Below, one piece after another: positions 32,056-39,439 of a DNA stretch of 45,198 nt. The DNA is from Candidatus Spyradenecus sp. (lineage in GTDB: Bacteria; Verrucomicrobiota; Kiritimatiellia; RFP12; DVOR01). The DNA is taken from assembly GCA_051891975.1 (NCBI GenBank), contig JBJFFT010000017.1:1-45198 (forward strand). The letters run 5' to 3'. The notes below the pieces were generated by a model. That model was given only the letters and a program-made list of their open reading frames with translations. It was not told where the DNA came from and did no database searches. Position 1 is the first letter of the stretch. Every line of letters starts with the position of its first letter. The position numbers and the translations under genes were made by a program.

Positions 32056-34425
32056 ATGAGCGAGACGGGAATTGAAGCGGAGGCGTTGGCGGGGGCGGTC
32101 TGCCCGGCGTGTGGCGCGGCCTTTGGCGGGGGCGAGAAGCCGCTTGCGCAGGTGACGTGCTCGGCGTGCGGGGCGCAGGTGATGGTGCCGGGGAAGTTGG
32201 GGCAGTACCGGCTGGTGCGGCTGATTGGCGCCGGCGGCATGGGCGCGGTCTACGAGGGCTTCGATGACGGGCTGCAGCGCAAGGTGGCGGTGAAGGTCAT
32301 CTTGCGCGAGAAGGCGGCCGAGGATCCCTCCTTCATCGAGAGTTTCCGGCACGAGGCGCAGGCCGCGGCCAAACTCAACAGCACGAACATCGTGGGGGTC
32401 TACGCCTTTGGCGAGGTGGCCGCGCAGCCCTATCTGGTGATGGAGCTGGTGCAGCCGAGCTCGCTCGACCGGCTGATGAACGATGGGCCAGTGAACGCGA
32501 TGACGGTGCTGGACGTGGGGCGGCAGATTGCCCAGGGGCTGCGCGCCGCCGCCGAGCAGGGCTTGGTCCATGGCGACGTGAAGCCCGAGAACATTCTTAT
32601 CAACGAGGCGCACGAGGCGAAGTTGGCCGACTTTGGTATCGCCGCGCTCGCCGGGGCGAAGGCCGCTGCCAATAACGAGGTCTGGGGCACGCCCTACTAC
32701 ATCGCCCCCGAGACGCTGCGTAAGCAGAAGGTGGACCTGCGCGCGGATATCTATTCGCTGGGCGCAACGCTCTATCACGCCATTGCCGGGGTGCCGCCCT
32801 TCGAGGGGGCCGACGCGGTGGAGGTGATGAAGGGGCGGCTCCTGGGGCCGGCGCGGCCGCTCACGGAGGTGGCGCCGAGCTGCCCAGAGGCGGTGGCGAA
32901 GATCATTATGCGGATGCTCGAGGCCGAGCCCATCCGCCGTTATCCGAACTACGAGTCGTTGCTGGCGGATATCGAGAAGGTGGCGCCAGCTTCGCGCGGC
33001 CACGTGGGCGGCAAGAAGATTACCATCAAGGGCAAGACCCAGGCCATCAAGAGCACCACCGGGCCCTCGCGGCCGATGGAACGCGTGGAAAGCCCCAACG
33101 CGCCGCTCTTCCCCGAAAAGCAGGGCGGCCTGGGCAAGGGCGCGCTCATTGGCATTGTCGCCGGGGCGGCGGTGCTGTTGCTGGCGATTATCGGCGGGGC
33201 CATTGCGGTGATCGCCTCCTCGGCCAAGGAGGCCTCGGGCGAAGCGGCGCCCGATGCCGGTGCGTTGGAGGCCGAGTTGGCCGCCCAGAATGCCGCCGCC
33301 CAGGCCAAGCAGCAACTCACTTCCGCCCGCACAGCGCTCACCGAAGCCACGGCCCAAGCGGCGAAGGTGGCGCAGGAGGCGAAGTCCAACGCCGCCACGG
33401 CCAAGGCAATCGTCCGGCAGTTGGTCCAACAGGCCAAGCGCGCGGTCCTGCCCGACCAGGCGGCGTGGCTTGAGCCGATGGAGGGCGAGGAGCCGGCCCC
33501 GAGCGAGCTGCTCAAGAAGGTCCAGGAGGCCTTTGGCCACCAGGCCGCCCTCGAGGCCGCCGCCAAGCAGGCCGAGGCGCTGCGCACCAAGGTCGATGGT
33601 CTGGCCGCCGCCGAGCCCGAGACGCCCGAGGCCGCCGCCGAAGCGGCGCAGGAGGCCACCGGCGCGCTTGAGGCGTGGGCCGCTTCGCCCGAAGCAAAGG
33701 CCGCGGCCAAGGCGCTCACTGCGCTCAAGGCGATGCAAAACGCCTGGAAGCGAACGGTCGACCAAGGGCGCGCAGAGATGGAAGCGACGGTGGCCAAGCG
33801 TCTGGCCGAGGAGAAGGCCGCGAAGGCCGCCGCCGCGGCTGCGGCCGAGGCCGAGCGCAAGCAGCAGGAGATGGAGGCCGAGGTGGCGAGCGTGGCGCAG
33901 GCCGAAGTGGCCATTGGCGCGGAGCTCGATCGCTTCCTGCCCGAGGCGGCCGCCGAGGCCTTTAAGGCCAAGACCGCCCGCTGCAAGAGCGCCGAGGCGA
34001 AGGCGGCAGCCGAGACCGCGCTCGCGCGGATTGCCGTCTATACTCGGCTGAAGGCGTGGATCATTCGCGAGGCCGGGGCTGGGAAGTTGGCCGGCTACGG
34101 CATTACGGCGGCTGACGCGCACGGCATCACCCTCAAGGGCCAGGCTCAGCCGTTGCAGTGGCGGGACTTTGTGGGCGCTCAGCAGAAGTTGGCGGTGCGG
34201 CTCTTCACCGGGCTGATTGCTAGCGACAGCGGCGCGCGGGCCTTGAAGGCCTCGGAGCGGGCGGACCTGGCGGTGGGGGCGGTGGTCTTCACGCGGCGGT
34301 ACATCGGCGAGGAGGCCATCGGCAAATCGAAGTCCTTGCGCGAGATGCTTGAGAAGCTCGAGACGCTGGCCAACGCGCTCCCGGGCTCGAAGGCCGATCT
34401 GGAGCTTTTCGGGAGCGCGGAGTAA
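32056..34425 (+). CDS. membrane Ser/Thr protein kinase with N-terminal zinc ribbon and long Ala/Glu/Lys-rich extracytoplasmic region
   Basis: CPACG..x17..CSACG zinc ribbon. Hanks kinase motifs GAGGMGAVY, VAVKVI, HGDVKPENILI, DFGIA and GTPYYIAPE. One TM helix (LIGIVAGAAVLLLAIIGGAIAVIA). About 250 aa of coiled-coil-like A/E/K-rich sequence, then a C-terminal globular part. Confidence 0.85.
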   Translation: MSETGIEAEALAGAVCPACGAAFGGGEKPLAQVTCSACGAQVMVPGKLGQYRLVRLIGAGGMGAVYEGFDDGLQRKVAVKVILREKAAEDPSFIESFRHEAQAAAKLNSTNIVGVYAFGEVAAQPYLVMELVQPSSLDRLMNDGPVNAMTVLDVGRQIAQGLRAAAEQGLVHGDVKPENILINEAHEAKLADFGIAALAGAKAAANNEVWGTPYYIAPETLRKQKVDLRADIYSLGATLYHAIAGVPPFEGADAVEVMKGRLLGPARPLTEVAPSCPEAVAKIIMRMLEAEPIRRYPNYESLLADIEKVAPASRGHVGGKKITIKGKTQAIKSTTGPSRPMERVESPNAPLFPEKQGGLGKGALIGIVAGAAVLLLAIIGGAIAVIASSAKEASGEAAPDAGALEAELAAQNAAAQAKQQLTSARTALTEATAQAAKVAQEAKSNAATAKAIVRQLVQQAKRAVLPDQAAWLEPMEGEEPAPSELLKKVQEAFGHQAALEAAAKQAEALRTKVDGLAAAEPETPEAAAEAAQEATGALEAWAASPEAKAAAKALTALKAMQNAWKRTVDQGRAEMEATVAKRLAEEKAAKAAAAAAAEAERKQQEMEAEVASVAQAEVAIGAELDRFLPEAAAEAFKAKTARCKSAEAKAAAETALARIAVYTRLKAWIIREAGAGKLAGYGITAADAHGITLKGQAQPLQWRDFVGAQQKLAVRLFTGLIASDSGARALKASERADLAVGAVVFTRRYIGEEAIGKSKSLREMLEKLETLANALPGSKADLELFGSAE

Positions 34426-34438
34426 GCGCCCGGGCGGG

Positions 34439-35128
34439 ATGAAGCGCGCGCTGCTCTTCCTCTTGGCGCTCGTGGGCTTGCCGCTGGTGTGGGCGCTGGG
34501 CGTGGCCTTTCTGGAGGGGCTGGCCGCGGGCACCTTTTCTGGGCCCCTCGTCACGCCGGGGCGGCTGGGCTTCCTGGTCGGCGCGCTGGCGATGGCGGCG
34601 CTCTACCAGTGGAAGGGCCGTGCAATTCAAGTCGTCTACGTCTTCGCCCACGAGATGACGCACGCGCTGGTCGGGCTCCTCTGCCTCTCGCGCATCCACC
34701 GCATCGATGTCTCCGCGCGCGGCGGCTTCGTCCAGCTCGATAAGCAGAACCTGGCCATCACCCTCGCGCCCTACTGCGTCCCCTTCTACCTGCTGCTGGC
34801 TCTGGCCCTCTGCGCGCTGGTCACCCTCTTCGCGCCGGACCTCGTCCCCTTCTGGCTCTGGAGCGGCCTCTTCGGCGCCTGCACCCTCTTCCACCTCCTC
34901 TACACCCTCGACGCGCTCCTCACCGTCTCCCAGCCCGATGTCCACCTCTACGGCCGCCTCTTCTCCTACTGGTTCATTCTCTGCGCCAACCTCTTCTTCG
35001 CTTCGTTAGCCCTCCCCTGCGCCGGCCAAGTTCCCTTCCCGGACCAAGCCCGGCGCATTGTCCACGCCACCTCCGGCACCTACCGCGCCCTCTTCGCGCT
35101 CATCCCCTCCCCCACCCCACGTCCATGA
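34439..35128 (+). CDS. polytopic membrane protein with HExxH motif (M50B-like putative metalloprotease)
   Basis: Starts at ATG 34439 (MKRALLFLLALVGLPLVW). Contains VFAHEMTHALVG and about 6 hydrophobic helices. 229 aa. Confidence 0.55.
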   Translation: MKRALLFLLALVGLPLVWALGVAFLEGLAAGTFSGPLVTPGRLGFLVGALAMAALYQWKGRAIQVVYVFAHEMTHALVGLLCLSRIHRIDVSARGGFVQLDKQNLAITLAPYCVPFYLLLALALCALVTLFAPDLVPFWLWSGLFGACTLFHLLYTLDALLTVSQPDVHLYGRLFSYWFILCANLFFASLALPCAGQVPFPDQARRIVHATSGTYRALFALIPSPTPRP

Positions 35129-35880
35129 ACCCCGTCGGTCAACTCTACGACCTGCTCCTCTCCTCCACCAACACCGTCGCCTTTACCGGTGCCGGCGTCT
35201 CCACCGCCAGCGGCATCCGCGACTTCCGCGGCAAAAACGGCATTTACCGCGACACCTTCCGCGGCTACCACGTGGAAGAACTCTTCGGCATTGACCTCTT
35301 CCGCAGCGACCCCTCCCTCTTCTACACTTGGTCGCGCGACTTCGTCTACGCCCTCGATGCCTTCCGCCCCTGCACCGTCCACAACCTCCTCGCCCGCCTC
35401 GAGGCCCTCAACCTCCTCCACGGCATCGCCACACAGAACATCGACCGCCTCCACATCCTCGCCGGCTCCAAGCGCGTCTGGGAGCTCCACGGCTCGGCCC
35501 AATGGCACCACTGCCTCGACTGCGGCCGCGCCGAGCCCTACGACAAAATCGCCCCCATCGTCCGCGCCGGCCAAGTCCCCCGCTGCCCCTGCGGCGGCGT
35601 CTTCAAGCCCGACATCGTCTTCTACGGCGAACCCCTCCCCGAAGAGACCTTCCAAAGCGCCCTCACCGCCTGCCAGCAGGCCGACCTCCTCCTCGTCCTC
35701 GGCTCCTCCCTCACCGTCTACCCCGCCGCCGCTCTCCCCGAGGAGGCCTACCGCTGCGGCGCGCGCATCGTCATCGTCAACGACTCCCCCACCCCCCTCG
35801 ACTCCCGCGCCCTCCTCCGCCTTCCCGACCTCACCGCCACCTTCGTGGAACTCGCAACATTGTTAGCAGATAGCCGTTAG
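35125..35880 (+). CDS. cobB: NAD-dependent protein deacylase (canonical sirtuin)
   Basis: VAFTGAGVSTASGIRDFRG, TQNIDRLH, ELHGS, the Zn-ribbon CLDCG..x..CPCGG, KPDIVFYGE and LVLGSSLTVYPAA. ATGA overlap with the upstream gene. Confidence 0.85.
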   Translation: MNPVGQLYDLLLSSTNTVAFTGAGVSTASGIRDFRGKNGIYRDTFRGYHVEELFGIDLFRSDPSLFYTWSRDFVYALDAFRPCTVHNLLARLEALNLLHGIATQNIDRLHILAGSKRVWELHGSAQWHHCLDCGRAEPYDKIAPIVRAGQVPRCPCGGVFKPDIVFYGEPLPEETFQSALTACQQADLLLVLGSSLTVYPAAALPEEAYRCGARIVIVNDSPTPLDSRALLRLPDLTATFVELATLLADSR

Positions 35881-36064
35881 CCGTTAGCTGCTAGCTCCGC
35901 GTTCCGCGACGGATAAGCAACCATTAAGATGCACCCCTCCTTCTCACAGACCACACTCGAACCCCGTTCCCTCGCCACCCGTTTCCCCAGCCCCCGCCCG
36001 TCGCGGAACGCGTGCTAACAGCTATCCGCCACAAGCTAACAGCTATCCGCTAACCGCTAACAGC
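35871..36064. repeat. E-element copy 4: ~195-bp MITE-like palindromic element (TAGCCGT / GCTAACN heptamer arms + inner inverted repeat)
   Basis: Left arm TAGCCGTTAGCCGTTAGCTGCTAGC (includes the sirtuin TAG stop). Inner inverted repeat TCCGCGTTCCGCGACGG (35896-35912) / CCGTCGCGGAACGCG (35998-36012). Right arm GCTAACAGCTATCCGCCACAAGCTAACAGCTATCCGCTAACCGCTAACAGC. Confidence 0.8.
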
Positions 36065-36073
36065 TCTCTCCCC

Positions 36074-37240
36074 ATGCTCACCCTCTCCCTCACACGCCAC
36101 CCGCACGCCCGCAAGGAACTCCTCCTCGGCAAGACCCTCCGCGTCGTCTCCCGCAGCGGACTCAACCCCACCGAACGCGCCCTCATCGAGCTCCTCCCCG
36201 AGCTCGGCCCCGCGCCCCTCCAAAATCCCCTCTTCCTCGGCGGGCGCACCGGCGCGCTGGCAATGGCCGCCTGGCTCCGCGGTCAAGCCCAAGGCCACCT
36301 CACCCTCCATACACTCGACGCGCACACCGCCGCCATCCTCACCCGCAACCTCGCCGAAAACAACGCCCCCCAAGGCGACACCGGCTTCGCCGTCGAAACC
36401 GGGCTCGACCTCACCGCCTACGCCACGCCCGGCGCCACCGCCTTCTGGCAGATGACCGCCGGCGACGGCACCGCCGAACTCCACCTCTGGCTCCTCGAGC
36501 AACTCACCGCAGAAGGCGCCTTCGCGCAAATCGTCATCGCCGCCGAAGAGCTCAACCCCACCTTCCTCGAACGTTTCCGCAAGGCCTGCCCCAAGCTCAA
36601 ACTCCGCAAAACCAAGGCGCTCACCCTCCTCGTCGGCACCGTCTCCAAGCCCCTCCCCGCCGAGAAGCGCCCCGACCACCGCGCCACCTTCGCCGTCTCC
36701 CTCAAAGGCCACGACCCCATCACCCTCGAAACCCTCCCCGGCTGCTTCTGCCACCGACGCGCCGATATGGGCGGCCTCGCCCTCACCGAAGTCGTCGCAG
36801 AACTCGTCTCCTTCGACCCCGGCGACCGCGTAATGGACCTCGGCTGCGGCTGCGGCATGGACGGCCTCCTCCTCGCCACCGCCTTCCCAGACAAGCACCT
36901 GCGCATCGACTATCAGGACTCCGCCGCCCCTGCCCGCGATGCCACCCTCGCCAACCTCCGCCGCTACCCCCACGCTAGCCGCTTCTTCTTCTCCGCCGAC
37001 GGCGAAGGCGACCCCAACACCTACGACCTCCTCCTCGCCAACCCCCCCTACTTCGGCGACTGGCGCATCGCCGAGTTCTTCATTCAGACCGCCCACCGCC
37101 TCCTCAAGCGCGGCGGCCTCATCGCCTTCGTCTCCAAACGCGCCGCCAAACCCACCGAGCTCCTCCAAGCCGCCCACTTCGACCTCCTCTCCGCCACCCC
37201 CCGCCGCGGATACACCATTCTCTTGGCACAGAAGACGTGA
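36074..37240 (+). CDS. two-domain SAM-dependent methyltransferase, RsmC/RlmG-like (rRNA guanine-N2 type)
   Basis: C-terminal catalytic domain with VMDLGCGCGMDGLLLA (motif I) and LLLANPPYFGD (NPPY motif IV). The N-terminal half resembles a degenerate MTase fold, as in RsmC/RlmG. Confidence 0.65.
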   Translation: MLTLSLTRHPHARKELLLGKTLRVVSRSGLNPTERALIELLPELGPAPLQNPLFLGGRTGALAMAAWLRGQAQGHLTLHTLDAHTAAILTRNLAENNAPQGDTGFAVETGLDLTAYATPGATAFWQMTAGDGTAELHLWLLEQLTAEGAFAQIVIAAEELNPTFLERFRKACPKLKLRKTKALTLLVGTVSKPLPAEKRPDHRATFAVSLKGHDPITLETLPGCFCHRRADMGGLALTEVVAELVSFDPGDRVMDLGCGCGMDGLLLATAFPDKHLRIDYQDSAAPARDATLANLRRYPHASRFFFSADGEGDPNTYDLLLANPPYFGDWRIAEFFIQTAHRLLKRGGLIAFVSKRAAKPTELLQAAHFDLLSATPRRGYTILLAQKT

Positions 37241-37265
37241 ACGGTGAGAGGTGAACGGTGAACGG
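37237..37265 (+). repeat. S-array: GTGAACG heptamer repeat overlapping the methyltransferase stop codon
   Basis: ACG TGA ACG GTG AGA GGT GAA CGG TGA ACG G. The 7-nt period places TGA in all three frames within 24 nt. Confidence 0.8.
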
Positions 37266-37404
37266 CGCGGTGTTGCTTCGCTGCGCTCGCGTGAGGGGCG
37301 CCTAACGGCGCGTGAGATGGCGCCTCCGGCACCGTGAAGTGCGGGCCAAAGGCCCGCGTTTTCCACTCCTTTTCCCGTTCTGACGGCCGCCGTCCCCGGC
37401 GGCC
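37266..37404 (+). repeat. H-array (GTGAGG orientation) plus a half copy of the 8358-8429 palindrome
   Basis: GCTCGCGTGAGG GGCGCCtaacGGCGC GTGAGAT GGCGCCtccGGCACC GTGAAGT GCGGGCCaaaGGCCCGC, then GTTTTCCACTCCTTTTCCCGTTCTGACGGCCGCCGTCCCCGGCGGCC. Confidence 0.75.
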
Positions 37405-37430
37405 ACCCCGCCCCCGCCCCTACCCCACCT

Positions 37431-37531
37431 CGAGGTAGGCCCTAGCTCGACCCGAGGTAGGCCCTAGGTCAAAGCGAGGTAGGCCCTAGGTCGAAGTGAG
37501 GTAGGCCCTAGGTCGAAGTGAGGTAGGCCCT
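37431..37531 (+). repeat. T-array: 22-bp tandem repeat, about 4.5 units (GAGGTAGGCCCTAGGTCGAAGT)
   Basis: Units read directly from the sequence; the last two are identical. Confidence 0.85.
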
Positions 37532-37643
37532 GCAAAACCTGCAACCCTAGGTGCCCTTCCATTGCGGAGGTGCCCGGAGGGCGCCTCCGCCGGGGTGGAG
37601 CGCCCCGTGCTCCCGAGGGGCGTGGGGGCAAGCCGCCCCCACA
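37528..37643 (+). repeat. M-module copy 1: CCCTGCAAAACCTGCAACC leader + three consecutive hairpins
   Basis: GGAGGTGCCCggaGGGCGCCTCC, then CGGGGT GGAGCGccccgtGCTCC CGAGGGG, then CGTGGGGGCaagccGCCCCCACA. Confidence 0.8.
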
Positions 37644-37776
37644 TCCCCCGCTCCATCCCCTATTTCCATCCCCCACCCCACTCCTTCTGCTTTTTTCGCT
37701 TGACCTAGGCGAAGGGGTGGGGTGTACACTGTTTGTGTTGTTAGAAAGCGTTTCAAGCAGTTGAAGGAGGCATGCG

Positions 37777-39021
37777 ATGAGGAATCCTCAAGGCCGAAAG
37801 GTATTTAGTTTCTTGCTGGTGGCGGTGATGAGCGTTGCCTCCCTGAGGGGGGCCGCCCCGCGCCGGACGGGTCAACCCCAACGCAACCCCCGCCCCCCAA
37901 TGGCCGCCGCCGGAAGACAACAGGCCACCAAGAAGCCCCCAAAAGCCGACTCCCTCGACGTCCCGCTAACCGGCGTGGATGAGTTCGTAGCCAAACACCT
38001 TGAGACGGCGTTCTTACCACGAAGTATGATCTACGACCCCGAGAAGATACCATACATTACGCAAAAACTGGAAACGTGTACGAACTACGGCAAGATCCCT
38101 CCGCACTATAAAGCCCTGATCCTGGCCAATCAGGATAAGTGGTATTGGGAAAAGGGAGTGGGTTTGTTGTATTGGGGGAAAGAGTTTCAGTTGCAACTTT
38201 ATAAGAATCGGGTTGTGGTCTATCACTTCAAGTTGGACGGCAGCAAGATGATGGCCACATTTGAGCCGGTGCCCACGGCCAAACCGTTCTTCACAATCCC
38301 GGATAGTATCCTGAAAACTTTCTCCCCCGAGGAGCGGGCCTACACCGAAACGCTCCGGGATGTCGTCAACGAAAACATCTCCTTCCTCTTTGATGTGCCC
38401 TTCTTCGTGCAGAATATGGAGCTGTTCAAGCGGAACGAGTATGGCGGCAAGTTCATCCCGGAAAAGTACCTCATCACGGGAGAGAAGTTGGCGGCGGTCC
38501 CGGCCGAATTGGTCGATGAGCGCAAGCGGGAAATCCAGAGCCGCTGGGGTTATCCGATCTATGACGTCTCCCAGGTGGAAACGGGCAAGATTGATGATCC
38601 CTCTGGCTGCTTCTTTCACTCCGAGTATCGCCGAATGAAGGTGGTCGATAGCCTGGTCTTGCTCAATCTAGATATGGTGGATCACGAGATTGGATCGATG
38701 AGGGAACTCCAATCCGTTCAATACAGTCGGGCAGAAAAGAACTTAACGCTCTTGCAAGAGGCGATGGCCAATGAAGCAGACTACCTCAAAGCCCAAGACC
38801 AATGGACGCCCAATCGCGCCAAAGTCCTGACGGTCCTGCAACGGCAGCTGGACAAACTCATCCCGCCCGCAGAAAAACTCCTCCAGGATACCTTGAAGAA
38901 AGGGGAGTTTATCTATACCCTTAGAAACCCCAAAGGCAAGCCCCCGCTCGTGCGCCAACCCAATGTCCTCCTCCCCGCCCCAACCACCTCCGGCCACAAG
39001 CAGGTGAACGGTGCGAAGTAA
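37777..39021 (+). CDS. hypothetical secreted protein (orphan by eye), lower GC than its neighbours
   Basis: Signal-like N-terminus MRNPQGRKVFSFLLVAVMSVASLRGAAP, then a basic/Pro-rich linker. No motif recognised. GGAGG lies upstream of the ATG. Confidence 0.6.
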   Translation: MRNPQGRKVFSFLLVAVMSVASLRGAAPRRTGQPQRNPRPPMAAAGRQQATKKPPKADSLDVPLTGVDEFVAKHLETAFLPRSMIYDPEKIPYITQKLETCTNYGKIPPHYKALILANQDKWYWEKGVGLLYWGKEFQLQLYKNRVVVYHFKLDGSKMMATFEPVPTAKPFFTIPDSILKTFSPEERAYTETLRDVVNENISFLFDVPFFVQNMELFKRNEYGGKFIPEKYLITGEKLAAVPAELVDERKREIQSRWGYPIYDVSQVETGKIDDPSGCFFHSEYRRMKVVDSLVLLNLDMVDHEIGSMRELQSVQYSRAEKNLTLLQEAMANEADYLKAQDQWTPNRAKVLTVLQRQLDKLIPPAEKLLQDTLKKGEFIYTLRNPKGKPPLVRQPNVLLPAPTTSGHKQVNGAK

Positions 39022-39034
39022 ACGGTGAACACGG
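39004..39034 (+). repeat. S-array overlapping the stop codon of 37777..39021
   Basis: GTGAACGGTGCGAAGTAAACGGTGAACACGG. Confidence 0.75.
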
Positions 39035-39192
39035 GCGAGGTGCGGGCTGCGCCCGCGTGAGGGTGGCCCGTCGGGCCGCGAGGTGCTCGCTTCGCTCGCG
39101 TGAGGTGGCGGTTTCGCCGCCGTGAGGTGTGGGCTGCGCCCGCGTTTTCCACACCCCGTTTCCCGTTCTGATGGCCGCCGTCCCCGGCGGCC
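39035..39192 (+). repeat. H-array (GTGAGG orientation) plus a half palindrome; same module order as 37266-37404
   Basis: GCGGGctgcGCCCGC GTGAGGGT GGCCCgtcGGGCC GCGAGGT GCTCGCTTCGCTCGC GTGAGGT GGCGGtttcGCCGCC GTGAGGTGT GGGCTGCGCCCGC, then GTTTTCCACACCCCGTTTCCCGTTCTGATGGCCGCCGTCCCCGGCGGCC. Confidence 0.75.
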
Positions 39193-39217
39193 TTGGGTGT
39201 GGGCCGCGAGGACGCGG

Positions 39218-39331
39218 CCCTGCAAAACCTGCAACCTTGTATGCCTTCCAGTGCGCAAGTGCGCAACGCGCGCTTGCGCCGGGGTGGAGCGCCCCGCGCT
39301 CCCGAGGGGCGTGGGGGCGAGTAGCCCACAC
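39218..39331 (+). repeat. M-module copy 2
   Basis: CCCTGCAAAACCTGCAACC.., then GCGCAAGTGCGCaacGCGCGCTTGCGC, then CGGGGT GGAGCGccccgcGCTCC CGAGGGG, then CGTGGGGGCGAGTAGCCCACACA. Confidence 0.8.
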
Positions 39332-39381
39332 ATCCCCCCAGCCCCCCTACTCTCTCGTTCCTGTTCCTCACGTGTGGCCAT

Positions 39382-39416
39382 AAAAAAGCACGAGGGCCGC
39401 GAACGGTCCTCGTGCT
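39382..39416 (-). terminator. intrinsic terminator of adhE (9-bp stem + T6 on the minus strand)
   Basis: The minus strand reads AGCACGAGG accgttcgcggc CCTCGTGCT TTTTTA, about 25 nt after the adhE stop. Confidence 0.75.
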
Positions 39417-39439
39417 TTGGGTGATGAGGTAAGCGGGGC

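Noticed and set aside
30823-34554. 1243-aa ORF on the minus strand, the longest ORF in the track
   Set aside because: It lies antisense to the well-supported DHQS-like and Ser/Thr kinase genes. Its product is low-complexity (R/G/L/P/H-rich) with no motif. This is the classic high-GC antisense open frame.
35125-35880. Sirtuin considered as a SIR2-type anti-phage NADase effector
   Set aside because: It has the complete canonical sirtuin motif set, including the Zn ribbon, at standard length. No partner typical of known SIR2 defence systems (HerA, pAgo, TIR, ThsB-like) is adjacent. It is treated as a regular deacylase within the kinase operon finding.
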